A stretch of DNA of 64,000 bases from Acidimicrobiia bacterium (GTDB lineage: Bacteria > Actinomycetota > Acidimicrobiia > Acidimicrobiales > JANYDT01): positions 21,375-85,374 of the forward strand of contig JANPFX010000082.1 of NCBI GenBank assembly GCA_031423635.1, given 5' to 3'. A program made the position numbers and the translations under genes. Under the pieces are notes generated by a model. That model saw only the letters and a program-made list of their open reading frames with translations. It had not been told where the DNA came from and ran no database searches. Positions 9,569 to 18,821 of the stretch are shown in pieces (within the stretch, counting starts at the first letter, position 1; each line of letters starts with the position of its first letter).

Positions 9569-11458
9569 TTAGGGCTCGACGATGTTGAATCCGGTCGTGA
9601 ACACGTCGAGGTTGGTGAAGATGGTGACGAGGGCCTGGGGGTCGCCCGTGATGGTGATGCGGCCCTCGGTGACAGCGTCGATCATCGTGGTTCGGCCGAG
9701 GATCACGTTCAGCAGGTCGGGTCGGGTGGTGGTGACAGACGCATCCGGGGCCGATGACCTGACGTTCCAGCAGCTCAGGGTTCGGTTCGACAGCTCGAGC
9801 CGCCAGTGCTCGTCGACGTCGGTGAAGTGCCAGGCGACCTCCTTGTGGACGCCGCCGACGTTCTCGGCCTGTAGGCGCACGCCGAGCAACTCGAAGATCT
9901 GCTCGATGGTCAGCGCGGCGAGCATCGAACCGCCCCGGTTGTCCCGCGGCTCCGGCGGCCCGGACCGGAGTTCCTGGGCCGCCATGAGGTACGCGTTGCG
10001 GAAGGTCGTCGACTCCGACTGGTACCCGAGCTGTTCGAAACTGTCCGACTGGAGTTGGCGTGCGCCTTCGTGGTCGGGAAACCCGAACACAACATGGTTG
10101 AGCACCTCGCACACCCACCGGTAGTCGCCGGCATCGAAGGAGACCCGCGCCTTGTCCACCACTGCGTCGGGTCCGCCCATGAACTCCACGTATCGCTTCC
10201 CGGCTTCGGTCGGCTCGTGGGGATGCAGATGTGACGGGTTGGCGTCGTACCACGACAGGTAGCGCTGGTAGACCGCTTTCACGTTGTGCACGAGGGAGCC
10301 GTAGTAGCCACGGGTGTGACCGTGGGCCATGAACTCCGGCGGCAGCTCGAGCGCGGCGGCGATCTCTGTCGGCGTTGCGCCCTGGTTGGCCAGTCGCAGG
10401 CTCTGGTCGTGCATCCACCGGTAGAGGTCTCGTTGCAGGATGAGGTACGCCCGCACGTCGTCTCGTCCCCAACGCGGCCAGTTGTGCGAGGCGAAGAACA
10501 ACTCGGTCTTGTCGCCGAAGAGATCGATTGCCTCGCCGATGTACTTCGACCAGGCGAGCGCGTCTCGGACCTTGGCACCGCGGATCGGTACGAGGTTGTG
10601 CATCGTGTGCGTGCAGTTCTCGGCCATGCAGAGCCAACCGTGATCCGGGAAGAAGAAGTTCATCTCGGCGGGCGCCTCGGTCTCCGGCGTCAGCTGGAAC
10701 ACGATCCGGACGCCGTCGACGATCAGTTCCTGCCCGGTGTGGGTGATGTCCTCGGTCGGGGCGATCAGACCGCCACGGGCGATCGGCAGGGCCTTGCCGA
10801 GACCGCAGTCGACGTGGGCTCGCGGTCCGGCGGGGAGGAAGGGGCCGAACTGGTAGTTCGCCCGGCGCAGCATGGCCGGGCCGGCGAGCAGGTTCTCCGA
10901 GACCGCTTCGTGGAGGAAGCCGATCGGCGCGATCACCCGGCAGCGGCCCGCCGCTACGTCGTCTTCCGTGGTGACGCCGCGGACACCGCCGAAGTGGTCG
11001 ACGTGGGAATGGGTGTAAATGACCGCCGTGACCGGTCGGGCCCCGAGGGTGGTGTTGGCTAGTTCCAGGCTCGCCCGGGCGCAGTCCTCGCTCGTCAGCG
11101 GGTCGATGACGATCCAGCCCTCTGTTCCGGCGATGAACGTGAGACTGGAGATGTCGTAGCCACGGGCCTGCCAGACGCCGGGCGCGACCTCGAAGAGACC
11201 GTGCTCGTTGTTCAGCTGGGCCTGGCGCCACAGGCTCGGATGGACGGTGTCGGGGATCTCGTCGGAGCGTAGGAAGCCATAGCGCTCCATGTCCCACACG
11301 ACGAGGCCCGTCGGCGAGGTGATCCGGCCGCCGGGTATCTGCGCCATGAGGCCACGGGTCGTCCTCTCGTAGTCCCCCCTGTCAAGGTCGATCGCGGCCG
11401 CCCGGTTCGCGTTTGCCGTGTGCTCGGTCGCCGGTTTGCGGGTGGTGTCGATGGCCAT
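9569..11458 (-). CDS. Alkyl/aryl-sulfatase, metallo-beta-lactamase fold with C-terminal SCP2-like domain (SdsA1/BDS1 type)
   Basis: YTHSHVDHFGG MBL motif, a long dimerisation region, and a C-terminal SCP2-like ...ITITGDPQALVTIF. Start chosen at the ATG at 11458. Confidence 0.85.
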   Translation of the reverse strand: MAIDTTRKPATEHTANANRAAAIDLDRGDYERTTRGLMAQIPGGRITSPTGLVVWDMERYGFLRSDEIPDTVHPSLWRQAQLNNEHGLFEVAPGVWQARGYDISSLTFIAGTEGWIVIDPLTSEDCARASLELANTTLGARPVTAVIYTHSHVDHFGGVRGVTTEDDVAAGRCRVIAPIGFLHEAVSENLLAGPAMLRRANYQFGPFLPAGPRAHVDCGLGKALPIARGGLIAPTEDITHTGQELIVDGVRIVFQLTPETEAPAEMNFFFPDHGWLCMAENCTHTMHNLVPIRGAKVRDALAWSKYIGEAIDLFGDKTELFFASHNWPRWGRDDVRAYLILQRDLYRWMHDQSLRLANQGATPTEIAAALELPPEFMAHGHTRGYYGSLVHNVKAVYQRYLSWYDANPSHLHPHEPTEAGKRYVEFMGGPDAVVDKARVSFDAGDYRWVCEVLNHVVFGFPDHEGARQLQSDSFEQLGYQSESTTFRNAYLMAAQELRSGPPEPRDNRGGSMLAALTIEQIFELLGVRLQAENVGGVHKEVAWHFTDVDEHWRLELSNRTLSCWNVRSSAPDASVTTTRPDLLNVILGRTTMIDAVTEGRITITGDPQALVTIFTNLDVFTTGFNIVEP

Positions 11459-11655
11459 GTCGTGGATTCTGGCCACTCCGTCGGCGCCCTGCAATCTCAA
11501 GTTCCTCAAGTCAGAGCGAAGATTCTCTGCTCTTGGTGAAGATGGACATCGATAGTCAAAGAAAGCACTTGGAAACTTCTCGAATTCGTCAGTTTTGATT
11601 CAAGAATCTGCCGCTTTGCTTTGGTCCTGTCGATCAGAGTCCGAACTCCTTGTGC

Positions 11656-12546
11656 ATGACCTCTCCCCGCAATACGGCTGAATCTCTCACTCCAGCCCAA
11701 CAGAAACTGCTCAATGATCATCTCCCGATCGTGCAGTTCATGGTTACTGATCTACTTCGGAGAGTTCCGAGTTACATCCAGCGCGACGACCTGTATTCCG
11801 CAGGGATGTTGGGTCTACTCCAGGCGGTTCGGGCCTACGATGAAACGCGCGAAGCGAAGTTCTCGACCTTCGCACGTGTCCGAATTCAGGGCGCTCTGCT
11901 AGACGAATTACGCTCTCGGGACTGGGCCTCGCGCGGGGTCCGCCAGCAGGCACGTCAGGTCGAGCTGACCACGGAGCACCTTTCCAATCAGCTCGGGCGG
12001 GTACCAACGGTAGAAGAAGTCGGCACATCGGCCGGTATTCACAACGATCAGATCCACCGCCTGAAGGCCGATTTGCACCGAGCCACCGTGTTGAGCTTCG
12101 ACGGCGCGCCCGTTGACGCGAACCGGACGCCGCTCGACGTCCTCGCGATCCATCAGGACCACCTCGATCCCGCTGAGCAGCTCGAACAGCGCGAGATGAC
12201 CGCCTACGTACGGGACGCGGTCGCCAATCTCCCTGAACGACTCCGCCACGTCGTCGTCGGCTACTTCCTCGAGGAACGACCGATGGCCGAGCTCGCGGCA
12301 GAACTGGGTGTCACCGAGTCCCGGATCTCCCACATGCGGTCGGAGGCCCTCGCGCTGATGGCTGAAGCGATCCGCACCGTGACCGCAGAGGAGAAGCCCA
12401 CCAACGACGAGACCGGTGTGGCGTTCCGTCGCCGCTCGGCGTACTACGCCGCCGTCGCCGCAACGTCGGACTACCGGAGCCGCCTGGCGAAGACCCCGGC
12501 CGTGCCCACGATGGGAACAGTTTCGCCCCGGGCCGCGCTCGGATGA
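11656..12546 (+). CDS. fliA: FliA/WhiG-family flagellar sigma factor (sigma-28)
   Basis: Region 2 DDLYSAGMLGLLQAVRAYDETREAKFSTFARVRIQGALLDELR; region 4 EERPMAELAAELGVTESRISHMR. ATG at 11656 (a TTG at 11650 is also possible). Confidence 0.9.
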   Translation: MTSPRNTAESLTPAQQKLLNDHLPIVQFMVTDLLRRVPSYIQRDDLYSAGMLGLLQAVRAYDETREAKFSTFARVRIQGALLDELRSRDWASRGVRQQARQVELTTEHLSNQLGRVPTVEEVGTSAGIHNDQIHRLKADLHRATVLSFDGAPVDANRTPLDVLAIHQDHLDPAEQLEQREMTAYVRDAVANLPERLRHVVVGYFLEERPMAELAAELGVTESRISHMRSEALALMAEAIRTVTAEEKPTNDETGVAFRRRSAYYAAVAATSDYRSRLAKTPAVPTMGTVSPRAALG

Positions 12547-12965
12547 GCCCGGCCTTCGGGCGCGGTCGACCCCTTGCCCTCGTCGTCGATGACTCCCGCG
12601 CCAGCCGCAGTGCGATGCACCGGATCCTGGCAAGCGTCGGTTTCGACGTTCTCGAGGCAGAACACGGTGTCGATGCGCTGCGACTCATGCATGCCGAGGG
12701 GGCGATCGAGTTCGTTCTCGTCGACTGGCACATGCCGGTGATGGATGGCCTCGCGCTCATACAGGCACTCCGGAAGGAACCCCGATGGGCGTCGCTGCCG
12801 ATCGTGATGGTCAGCGCCGAGGTCGACCAGAAGCAAATTGCCCGCGCGGTTTTGGCCGGTGCCGACGAGTACGTGATGAAGCCCTTCGACGGTCCGATGC
12901 TGATCGGGAAGCTGCGACTGCTCGGCATCACCATGCCGGTCGACCTTGAAGCTGGTCGGCGATGA
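12543..12965 (+). CDS. cheY: CheY-like single-domain response regulator
   Basis: LVVDDS, VLVDWHMPVMDG and VMKPF motifs. ATGA start/stop overlap with fliA. Confidence 0.85.
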   Translation: MSPAFGRGRPLALVVDDSRASRSAMHRILASVGFDVLEAEHGVDALRLMHAEGAIEFVLVDWHMPVMDGLALIQALRKEPRWASLPIVMVSAEVDQKQIARAVLAGADEYVMKPFDGPMLIGKLRLLGITMPVDLEAGRR

Positions 12966-13059
12966 ACGCCGTTTCGGGCGCGCCGGCTCTGGTATCCGTT
13001 CCCCGCCCCGTCGCCGCGTGCCGGCAGTCAACCAGAATCCCCGACGCAGGAGGCAATCG

Positions 13060-13719
13060 ATGAGCCAGCCACCAACCTCGACCACCGCTCTTCTCGATAC
13101 CGAGGCCAGCACGGCCGCGGAGACGTCGTTCTTCCGTGACATCGATCCGTTCAGCGCGCTCGTCGAGTCCGTGATCCCGGAGATCCTCATGGCACGAGGT
13201 GCGGCCGCTGCACTCACGATCTGGTGCGCAGCCTGTTCGAGCGGACAGGAGCCCTACAGCGTTGCCATCGCGGTCACCGAGGCATTCCCCGAGCTGGTCA
13301 GGAACGGCCGCTTGCGCATCGTTGCCACCGACCTCGCCAGTGATGTCGAGCGGACGAAAGCGGGTCGCTTCACCCAGCAAGAGGTGAGCCGGGGTCTCCC
13401 TGTCCGTCACCTGCTGCGGCACTTCCAGCAAGACAGAACGGAATGGGTCGTCTCTCGTCAGCTCCGTCAGATACTCGACGTCCGAGTCCTCGATCTGACC
13501 GGGTCGTGGCCGGCCATCCCGAAGTGCGACATCGTGTTTCTCCGAGATGTCCTCGTGTCGTTCGACCCCGGGGCGCAACGAACGATCCTCGAGCGGATCC
13601 GTGGCGACGTCTTGCGTCCGTTCGGACATCTCTTCCTCGGCAACAGTGAGCGCGTCGACAACGGGTGGGTGCGGCGAACCGCCGGTCGCTCCGTCTTCTG
13701 TGCAGAGCCACGTCCATGA
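13060..13719 (+). CDS. cheR: CheR-type protein-glutamate O-methyltransferase, apparently lacking the usual N-terminal helical domain
   Basis: TSFFRD..., the SAM motif IWCAACSSGQEPYS, and the VATDL...RFTQQEV pattern. ATG at 13060 is preceded by AGGAGG (13048-13053). The longer TTG-initiated ORF adds only Arg-rich sequence. Confidence 0.85.
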   Translation: MSQPPTSTTALLDTEASTAAETSFFRDIDPFSALVESVIPEILMARGAAAALTIWCAACSSGQEPYSVAIAVTEAFPELVRNGRLRIVATDLASDVERTKAGRFTQQEVSRGLPVRHLLRHFQQDRTEWVVSRQLRQILDVRVLDLTGSWPAIPKCDIVFLRDVLVSFDPGAQRTILERIRGDVLRPFGHLFLGNSERVDNGWVRRTAGRSVFCAEPRP

Positions 13720-14174
13720 TCGAAGCCCTTTCCCTCAGTCGCGCTTCCCTCGGTCGGGCGATCACATCGGCGATCGAAGCAATGCTCGGTGGTGAAGCGG
13801 TCGAGGTCCGGCCCGAGCCGGGCGAGTTCACCCTCGCCTCGGCGATCGGGATCACCGGGACGCACAACGCCGCTGTGGTGGTGCGGGCGAACAACGCGGC
13901 GACGAAGCACTTCGGCGCAGCCATGTTCGGCTTGAACGAAGTCGACGTCACCTCTGCGGAGATCGCCGACGCGCTGCTCGAACTCACCAACGTGATCGGC
14001 GGCGCCGCGAAGCTCGCCGTGGGGGGCGAGAACACGCTCATGCTTCCGGTCCTCGTTCCGGTCGATCTCACCGAGGATGATGTCCGGAAAGCGGACAACG
14101 TCATCTCCTTCGCTGTCCGCGACCGCATTGTCGGCGTCCACGTGGTCGACGGTGTGTTCATCGCCTCGGATTGA
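13716..14174 (+). CDS. cheX: CheX/CheC-family chemotaxis phosphatase-like protein
   Basis: About 152 aa with the DALLELTNVIGGAAK motif typical of CheX. ATGA overlap with the cheR stop. Confidence 0.7.
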   Translation: MIEALSLSRASLGRAITSAIEAMLGGEAVEVRPEPGEFTLASAIGITGTHNAAVVVRANNAATKHFGAAMFGLNEVDVTSAEIADALLELTNVIGGAAKLAVGGENTLMLPVLVPVDLTEDDVRKADNVISFAVRDRIVGVHVVDGVFIASD

Positions 14175-14318
14175 GCCGACGGAGGGCGTTTCCGATCGTC
14201 GGTGAGACGCTGCGGCGCCCGGTCTGACTACCCCCAAGCCCACGCAACCGAGCGAAGTCACTGCGGTGGTGCTTCACCGTCTTGCCGCTGGGGTTGGACA
14301 GCGGCTGTCAGAACGGCG

Positions 14319-15740
14319 TTACTTCGACCGACGAGCGGGTTCGGCAACGATGAACCTGTTCCGGCCGGTCGTCTTGGCCTGGTACATGGCCTCGTCTGAT
14401 GACCGAAGCAGCGCCTGCGGATCGCACGACAGGTTTTCGCACACGGCGATACCGATCGAGACCGTCTGCAGGCGACCCTCGGGTAGGGCCTTCGAACACA
14501 TGTCGGGCGTCTTCTCCAGTAGGCGCTTCGCCAGAGCCTCGGCCCCCGAGCGTCCGGTGCCCGGACAGACGAGCAGGAACTCCTCGCCGCCCCATCTCGC
14601 CGCGACGTCGTAACCCCGGACGACTGCCTCGATCGCCTCCGCGAACAGACGGAGTACGGAGTCGCCCATCTCGTGTCCGAACTCGTCGTTCACCGACTTG
14701 AACTTGTCGAGGTCCATCATGAAGATCGCGAACTCCTCGCCGGAACGCTGCGCTCGAGCCGCTGCCTGGGCCAGCGCACGCGAGCCGCGGCGACGGTTTC
14801 CGATTCCGGTGAGTTCGTCCGTCTCGACTTCGGAACGAAGCTTCGCGGTCTGCTCGGCTCGGGCGAGGGACACGACGAGACGATCGGCGATGTCGTCGAG
14901 GCGGTTGTCGCTCGGTGCAACGCCTCCCGTCCACCACACGTGCAGTGTCATCTTGGCGTTGCGGTCGATCTCATCGACGCGTTCGGAATGGATGATCTCC
15001 TCATCGGTGTTCCCCGACTCGACGATGATCGGTCCGCCGAAGCGGGAGATCTCGACGAGTATGCGTGCGGCCTCTGCTCCGGGAAGCGATGCGAACGTTG
15101 ACGCGAGTTCGAACAGATCGACCTCGCCGTAGTCGTCGCCGAGAGCACTGACCAGTTCGATCGCCTGCGAAGCAGCAGCGGCCCGGCGGAGTCGCTCGGC
15201 CTCGATCAGCAGACCGAGCATCGAGGAGATCTGATCGGATGCCCGATCGACGAGCCCGGCATCGACGAGTCCCTTGGGCGCCCCCGTAACTCCGAAGTAC
15301 CCGATCGGCACACTGCGGTCTGCGCCAAACACGGAGCTGCACACCTGGTCGTCGGAGGCCTCGATCAGGGCGATGTCCGACCGGTCGACCATGGGCTCGA
15401 CCCAGCCACCAAGCGATTCGTGGACAGGTGGCACGTCGGGCGCGGAGAAGTACAGGGCGCACGCTGTCACCGGTGTGCACTGCATCACGGTCGTGAGCGC
15501 AGCGCGGGAGAACTCGGCGAGGTTGAGCCGCGCCGTTGCCAGCTTGGACAGCTCGAGGAGGCTGTTCGACACCATCAAGGCGGTGAGCATCTCGGCATGG
15601 ACCGAGGCCGGGTCCTGCAGTGCGAGCAGCAGGTCCCCCTGCCGGGCGTCGAGCTCGGCCAGGCTGCGGGCGGCCGAGCGGGGTTCGCTGCCCCGCTGCG
15701 TGTTTCCCGTCCCGGTGCGCAGTTGGGTCGTAGAACTCAT
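14319..15740 (-). CDS. Diguanylate cyclase: GGDEF domain with intact GGEEF and an RxxD I-site; uncharacterised (GAF-like?) N-terminal sensor
   Basis: DELTGIGNRR..., RGYDVAARWGGEEF. Start trimmed to the ATG at 15740 (MSSTTQL...). Confidence 0.85.
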   Translation of the reverse strand: MSSTTQLRTGTGNTQRGSEPRSAARSLAELDARQGDLLLALQDPASVHAEMLTALMVSNSLLELSKLATARLNLAEFSRAALTTVMQCTPVTACALYFSAPDVPPVHESLGGWVEPMVDRSDIALIEASDDQVCSSVFGADRSVPIGYFGVTGAPKGLVDAGLVDRASDQISSMLGLLIEAERLRRAAAASQAIELVSALGDDYGEVDLFELASTFASLPGAEAARILVEISRFGGPIIVESGNTDEEIIHSERVDEIDRNAKMTLHVWWTGGVAPSDNRLDDIADRLVVSLARAEQTAKLRSEVETDELTGIGNRRRGSRALAQAAARAQRSGEEFAIFMMDLDKFKSVNDEFGHEMGDSVLRLFAEAIEAVVRGYDVAARWGGEEFLLVCPGTGRSGAEALAKRLLEKTPDMCSKALPEGRLQTVSIGIAVCENLSCDPQALLRSSDEAMYQAKTTGRNRFIVAEPARRSK

Positions 15741-15822
15741 GGCTGCCCTGTCGGTGTGGTGGGGTCGGTGGTGTTGCGAGCAGTGGAGCGGAGCGGAGCG
15801 GCGCAGCGCCGATGGATGGGGC

Positions 15823-16653
15823 TCATGGCTGGTTGCGTCCGGCAATCTCCATGACGGAACCCACCCGGCGTTCTGCTTCCGCGAGGATTCGATCGGGGCT
15901 TTCGCTTCCGAGTCCGATCGCCTTGAGGATGCCGCGCGGGGTGGTGATGTCATCAGGTCCGGACGACGCACTTGCGCCGGCCACGATGGCCCCGAACCGA
16001 TGTCCACCCCACACTGCCCGCGAGAGCGAGTCGGTCAGCGCCTCGGCGGGTGCATGGTGCGATCGGACGGCGCGAACGAGGCGTTCCGGGAAGAACAGCC
16101 GGTCGAGGTGGTTGGCTCCGACGTCGGTGTGGGTGCGGCCGAACAGCGCTTTCTCGGTCTCGAGGAGTGGTCGGCCGTTCTTCGATCGCCGGATCTGGAC
16201 GGCAGCGTGCAGTTCCGGGTCGTCGCGGAACAGGAGCAGATCGCCGATGTCGTGCACCATGCCGCAGGTGAAAGCCTCATCGACGTTGCTGCCGAGACGA
16301 TGAGCGAGGACCGAGGCGGCCGCCGCGGCGGTGATGGAGCGTGCCCAGAAACCCGGCGGGAACCCGACGTCATCCGGGCCGAGCACGAGCGCCGCCGTCC
16401 GGCAGGTGGCGATCGCCTCCACCGCGTTCACGCCGAGCAGAACCATTGCCTGGCGGACGTTGCTGACCCGCCGCGCCTGTCGCAGATGCGGCGCATTCGC
16501 CGCGGCCATCACCGCGACGGTGAGTGACGGATCGATCTCGGCCAGCGGTGTCAGGTCGGCGTCGTCACTTCTGGCGAGCTCGTGCAGGACCGCCGAAGCG
16601 ACGAGCGGCTGGGTGGGCAGGAGTTGGGCTCGTGACAACGTCGATGCTGACAT
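15823..16653 (-). CDS. HDOD-domain signalling protein
   Basis: ...DPSLTVAVMAAANAPHL...VSNVRQAMVLLGVNAV... and CGMVHDIGDLLLF, the HDOD pattern. Confidence 0.8.
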   Translation of the reverse strand: MSASTLSRAQLLPTQPLVASAVLHELARSDDADLTPLAEIDPSLTVAVMAAANAPHLRQARRVSNVRQAMVLLGVNAVEAIATCRTAALVLGPDDVGFPPGFWARSITAAAAASVLAHRLGSNVDEAFTCGMVHDIGDLLLFRDDPELHAAVQIRRSKNGRPLLETEKALFGRTHTDVGANHLDRLFFPERLVRAVRSHHAPAEALTDSLSRAVWGGHRFGAIVAGASASSGPDDITTPRGILKAIGLGSESPDRILAEAERRVGSVMEIAGRNQP

Positions 16654-16896
16654 GGGCAGTGCGGTCCTCGGTTGGTTGCCCGTCGGAGTTCCTCGGGGAC
16701 CGCTGTTTTTCGGTCGGAAGGCATGCCGTCGTGCGATGGATGGAGCGATTCGCCCCGGAACCGTCAGGTTTGTTCCCTGTCGAACCGTTCAGCGACTCAT
16801 ACGTAGCGATCGTCTGTTGCGGCGGCGACCTGCGATGTTCCTCAAGAAATCCTCCTCGAACGATCACCACCGAAAGCGCAGGTCGGCAGCGCCACT

Positions 16897-16904
16897 GCCG
16901 ATAG
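16897..16904 (+). promoter_or_regulatory. Candidate sigma-28 -10 element (GCCGATAG) upstream of flgN
   Basis: Matches the GCCGATAA consensus at 7 of 8 positions and lies 45 nt upstream of the flgN GTG. No convincing TAAA -35 at the canonical 15-nt spacing. Confidence 0.25.
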
Positions 16905-16948
16905 GGCATTCGAAACTTCCGAGTACTCCCCATCCCCAGGACTTGTCT

Positions 16949-17413
16949 GTGAGCCTTTCCGACATCAGCTCCGCCCTCATGCGTGAGCAATCGCTACTCG
17001 AGATGCTGCTCTTCAAGCTGGAGGAGGAGCATCTCCTCCTCGCCGCCGGCCGGACCCGGTGGCTCGCTGCGGCGACCCGCGAGATCGAAGCAGTCCTCGG
17101 CGAGATACGTCGTTGCGAGTTGGTCCGCGCCACGCTGGTGGAAGCCGAGGCTCCGAAGCTCGGCCTCGGACGCAACCCGAGTCTCCGCGAGCTTGCGGAG
17201 TATTCACCCGAGCCGTGGGACCACGTCTTCGGTCAGCATCGGGCCGCGTTCCTGGCGATTGCCGATGAGATAAGCGCGCAGGCGAACAACAACAAGCAAC
17301 TGGTCGCCCGGGGCGCAGCAGCAACACGTGACCTTCTCGAACGCGCCGCACAGGAGCGCTCGAGCACATCACGGAACGGCGAGACGGCCTTCCTCGTCGA
17401 TCAATCACTGTGA
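16949..17413 (+). CDS. flgN: FlgN-family flagellar export chaperone
   Basis: Helical 154-aa protein (LSDISSALMREQSLLEMLLFKLEEEHLLL...) immediately upstream of flgK. GTG at 16949 with AGGA 9 nt upstream. Confidence 0.65.
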   Translation: MSLSDISSALMREQSLLEMLLFKLEEEHLLLAAGRTRWLAAATREIEAVLGEIRRCELVRATLVEAEAPKLGLGRNPSLRELAEYSPEPWDHVFGQHRAAFLAIADEISAQANNNKQLVARGAAATRDLLERAAQERSSTSRNGETAFLVDQSL

Positions 17414-17450
17414 CCGACATGGAACGAACCCGAGCAGAAGGCGGAGCAGC

Positions 17451-18812
17451 ATGAGTGATTTCGGCGCACTGAGCGTCGGCCTGTCGGGGCTGCAGGCCCA
17501 CCGACGGGCCCTCGACGTGACGGGCCACAACCTGGCCAATGTCAACACGCCCGGCTACAGCAGGCAGCGTGTCGATCTCTCGCCCATCACGAACCCGACG
17601 ACGGCGAACATCTTCGCCCGGTCGAACGACGCGGGCACCGGAGTTCGCGCCGGCACGGCCTACCGCCTCCACGATCAGTTCGTCGAGATGCGCGCGTTGC
17701 AGGAGCACGCCACCGACGGAGCCCTCAAGCAGTCGCAGGCTGTGCTCGGCCAGATCGAGATGGCGGTCAACGAACCGAGTGACACGGGGCTTGCGTCACA
17801 GATCAACCGCTTCATGGCCGCCTGGGACGACGTCGCCAACCGCCCAGACGACCTTTCGGCCCGCCAGCAACTCGTCGAGCTCGGCAAGACCCTGGCTGCT
17901 GACTTCGCGCAGCTCGACGGATCACTCGCCGCGCTCGCCCAGAACTCCGGCCGCCAGCTCGACGCAACGGTTGCCGACATCAACGCCGCCGCCGCCGCCG
18001 TGGCCGACCTGAACAATCGCGTCCTTGCCGCGGTCAATGCGGACATGCCGGCGGGCGACCTCATGGACCAGCGCGATGTGATGATCCGCAATCTCGCCGA
18101 CCTCGCCGGTGTCACCGTCCGGCCGCAAGAGAATGGCGTCGTCGACGTCTACCTCGGTACGACCGCGCTGGTGCGGGGCAATCGATCCGAAGCGCTTCGG
18201 GTGGATGTCACCACGACGCCCGGTACGACCGCGGTGGTGTGGGATCGGCTCGGCGTCAACGCTGCTTCCGGCGGTCAGCTCTCTGCCCTGCAGGGGGCGG
18301 TGAACTCGACCATCCCGGGGTACCGGGCTCAGCTCACGGCCGTCCAACTCCAGCTCGCGTCCGACGTGAACACCGTCCATGCGACCGGATTCGATCTGAA
18401 CGGGACACCCGGTCTTCCGTTCTTCCAGATGGGCCCCGGGGGCATCGCCGTGAACCCGATCATCGCCGGCGACCCGACGAAGGTCGCGGCGGCCGCAACC
18501 CCGACGGGATTGCGCGATGGCTCGGTCGCCGGTCAGATCGCCGATCTCACCGGTCCCGGCTCGGCGTACAACGCCATGGTCCTGCACCTGGGCATCGAGA
18601 GCCGAACGGTGAACCGGCAGGTGGCAACTCAGAGTCTGGTGACCGAACAGGTCGACTCGGCGCGTGAAGCGACCTCGGGCGTGAACATCGACGAAGAGAT
18701 GACGAACATGATCGCGATTCAGCACGCATACGACGCATCAGCCAGGTTCATCACGGCCGTGGATTCCATGCTCGAGACCCTGATCCGCAGCACCGGCCTG
18801 GTCGGCCGGTAA
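17451..18812 (+). CDS. flgK: Flagellar hook-associated protein 1
   Basis: N-terminal GLSGLQAHRRALDVTGHNLANVNTPGYSRQR and a C-terminal rod/hook-family motif (NIDEEMTNMIAIQHAY). Confidence 0.9.
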   Translation: MSDFGALSVGLSGLQAHRRALDVTGHNLANVNTPGYSRQRVDLSPITNPTTANIFARSNDAGTGVRAGTAYRLHDQFVEMRALQEHATDGALKQSQAVLGQIEMAVNEPSDTGLASQINRFMAAWDDVANRPDDLSARQQLVELGKTLAADFAQLDGSLAALAQNSGRQLDATVADINAAAAAVADLNNRVLAAVNADMPAGDLMDQRDVMIRNLADLAGVTVRPQENGVVDVYLGTTALVRGNRSEALRVDVTTTPGTTAVVWDRLGVNAASGGQLSALQGAVNSTIPGYRAQLTAVQLQLASDVNTVHATGFDLNGTPGLPFFQMGPGGIAVNPIIAGDPTKVAAAATPTGLRDGSVAGQIADLTGPGSAYNAMVLHLGIESRTVNRQVATQSLVTEQVDSAREATSGVNIDEEMTNMIAIQHAYDASARFITAVDSMLETLIRSTGLVGR

Positions 18813-18821
18813 GGAGACATC

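Noticed and set aside
12946-13059. TTG-initiated 38-codon extension of cheR that would overlap cheY.
   Set aside because: It encodes an Arg-rich, non-protein-like sequence. A strong AGGAGG-N6-ATG at 13060 is the better start.
16331-16948. N-terminal 206 codons of the 360-aa ORF that ends as flgN.
   Set aside because: This part overlaps the HDOD gene on the opposite strand and translates to Arg/Ala-rich sequence. The FlgN-like helices begin only at the GTG at 16949, which has an AGGA RBS.
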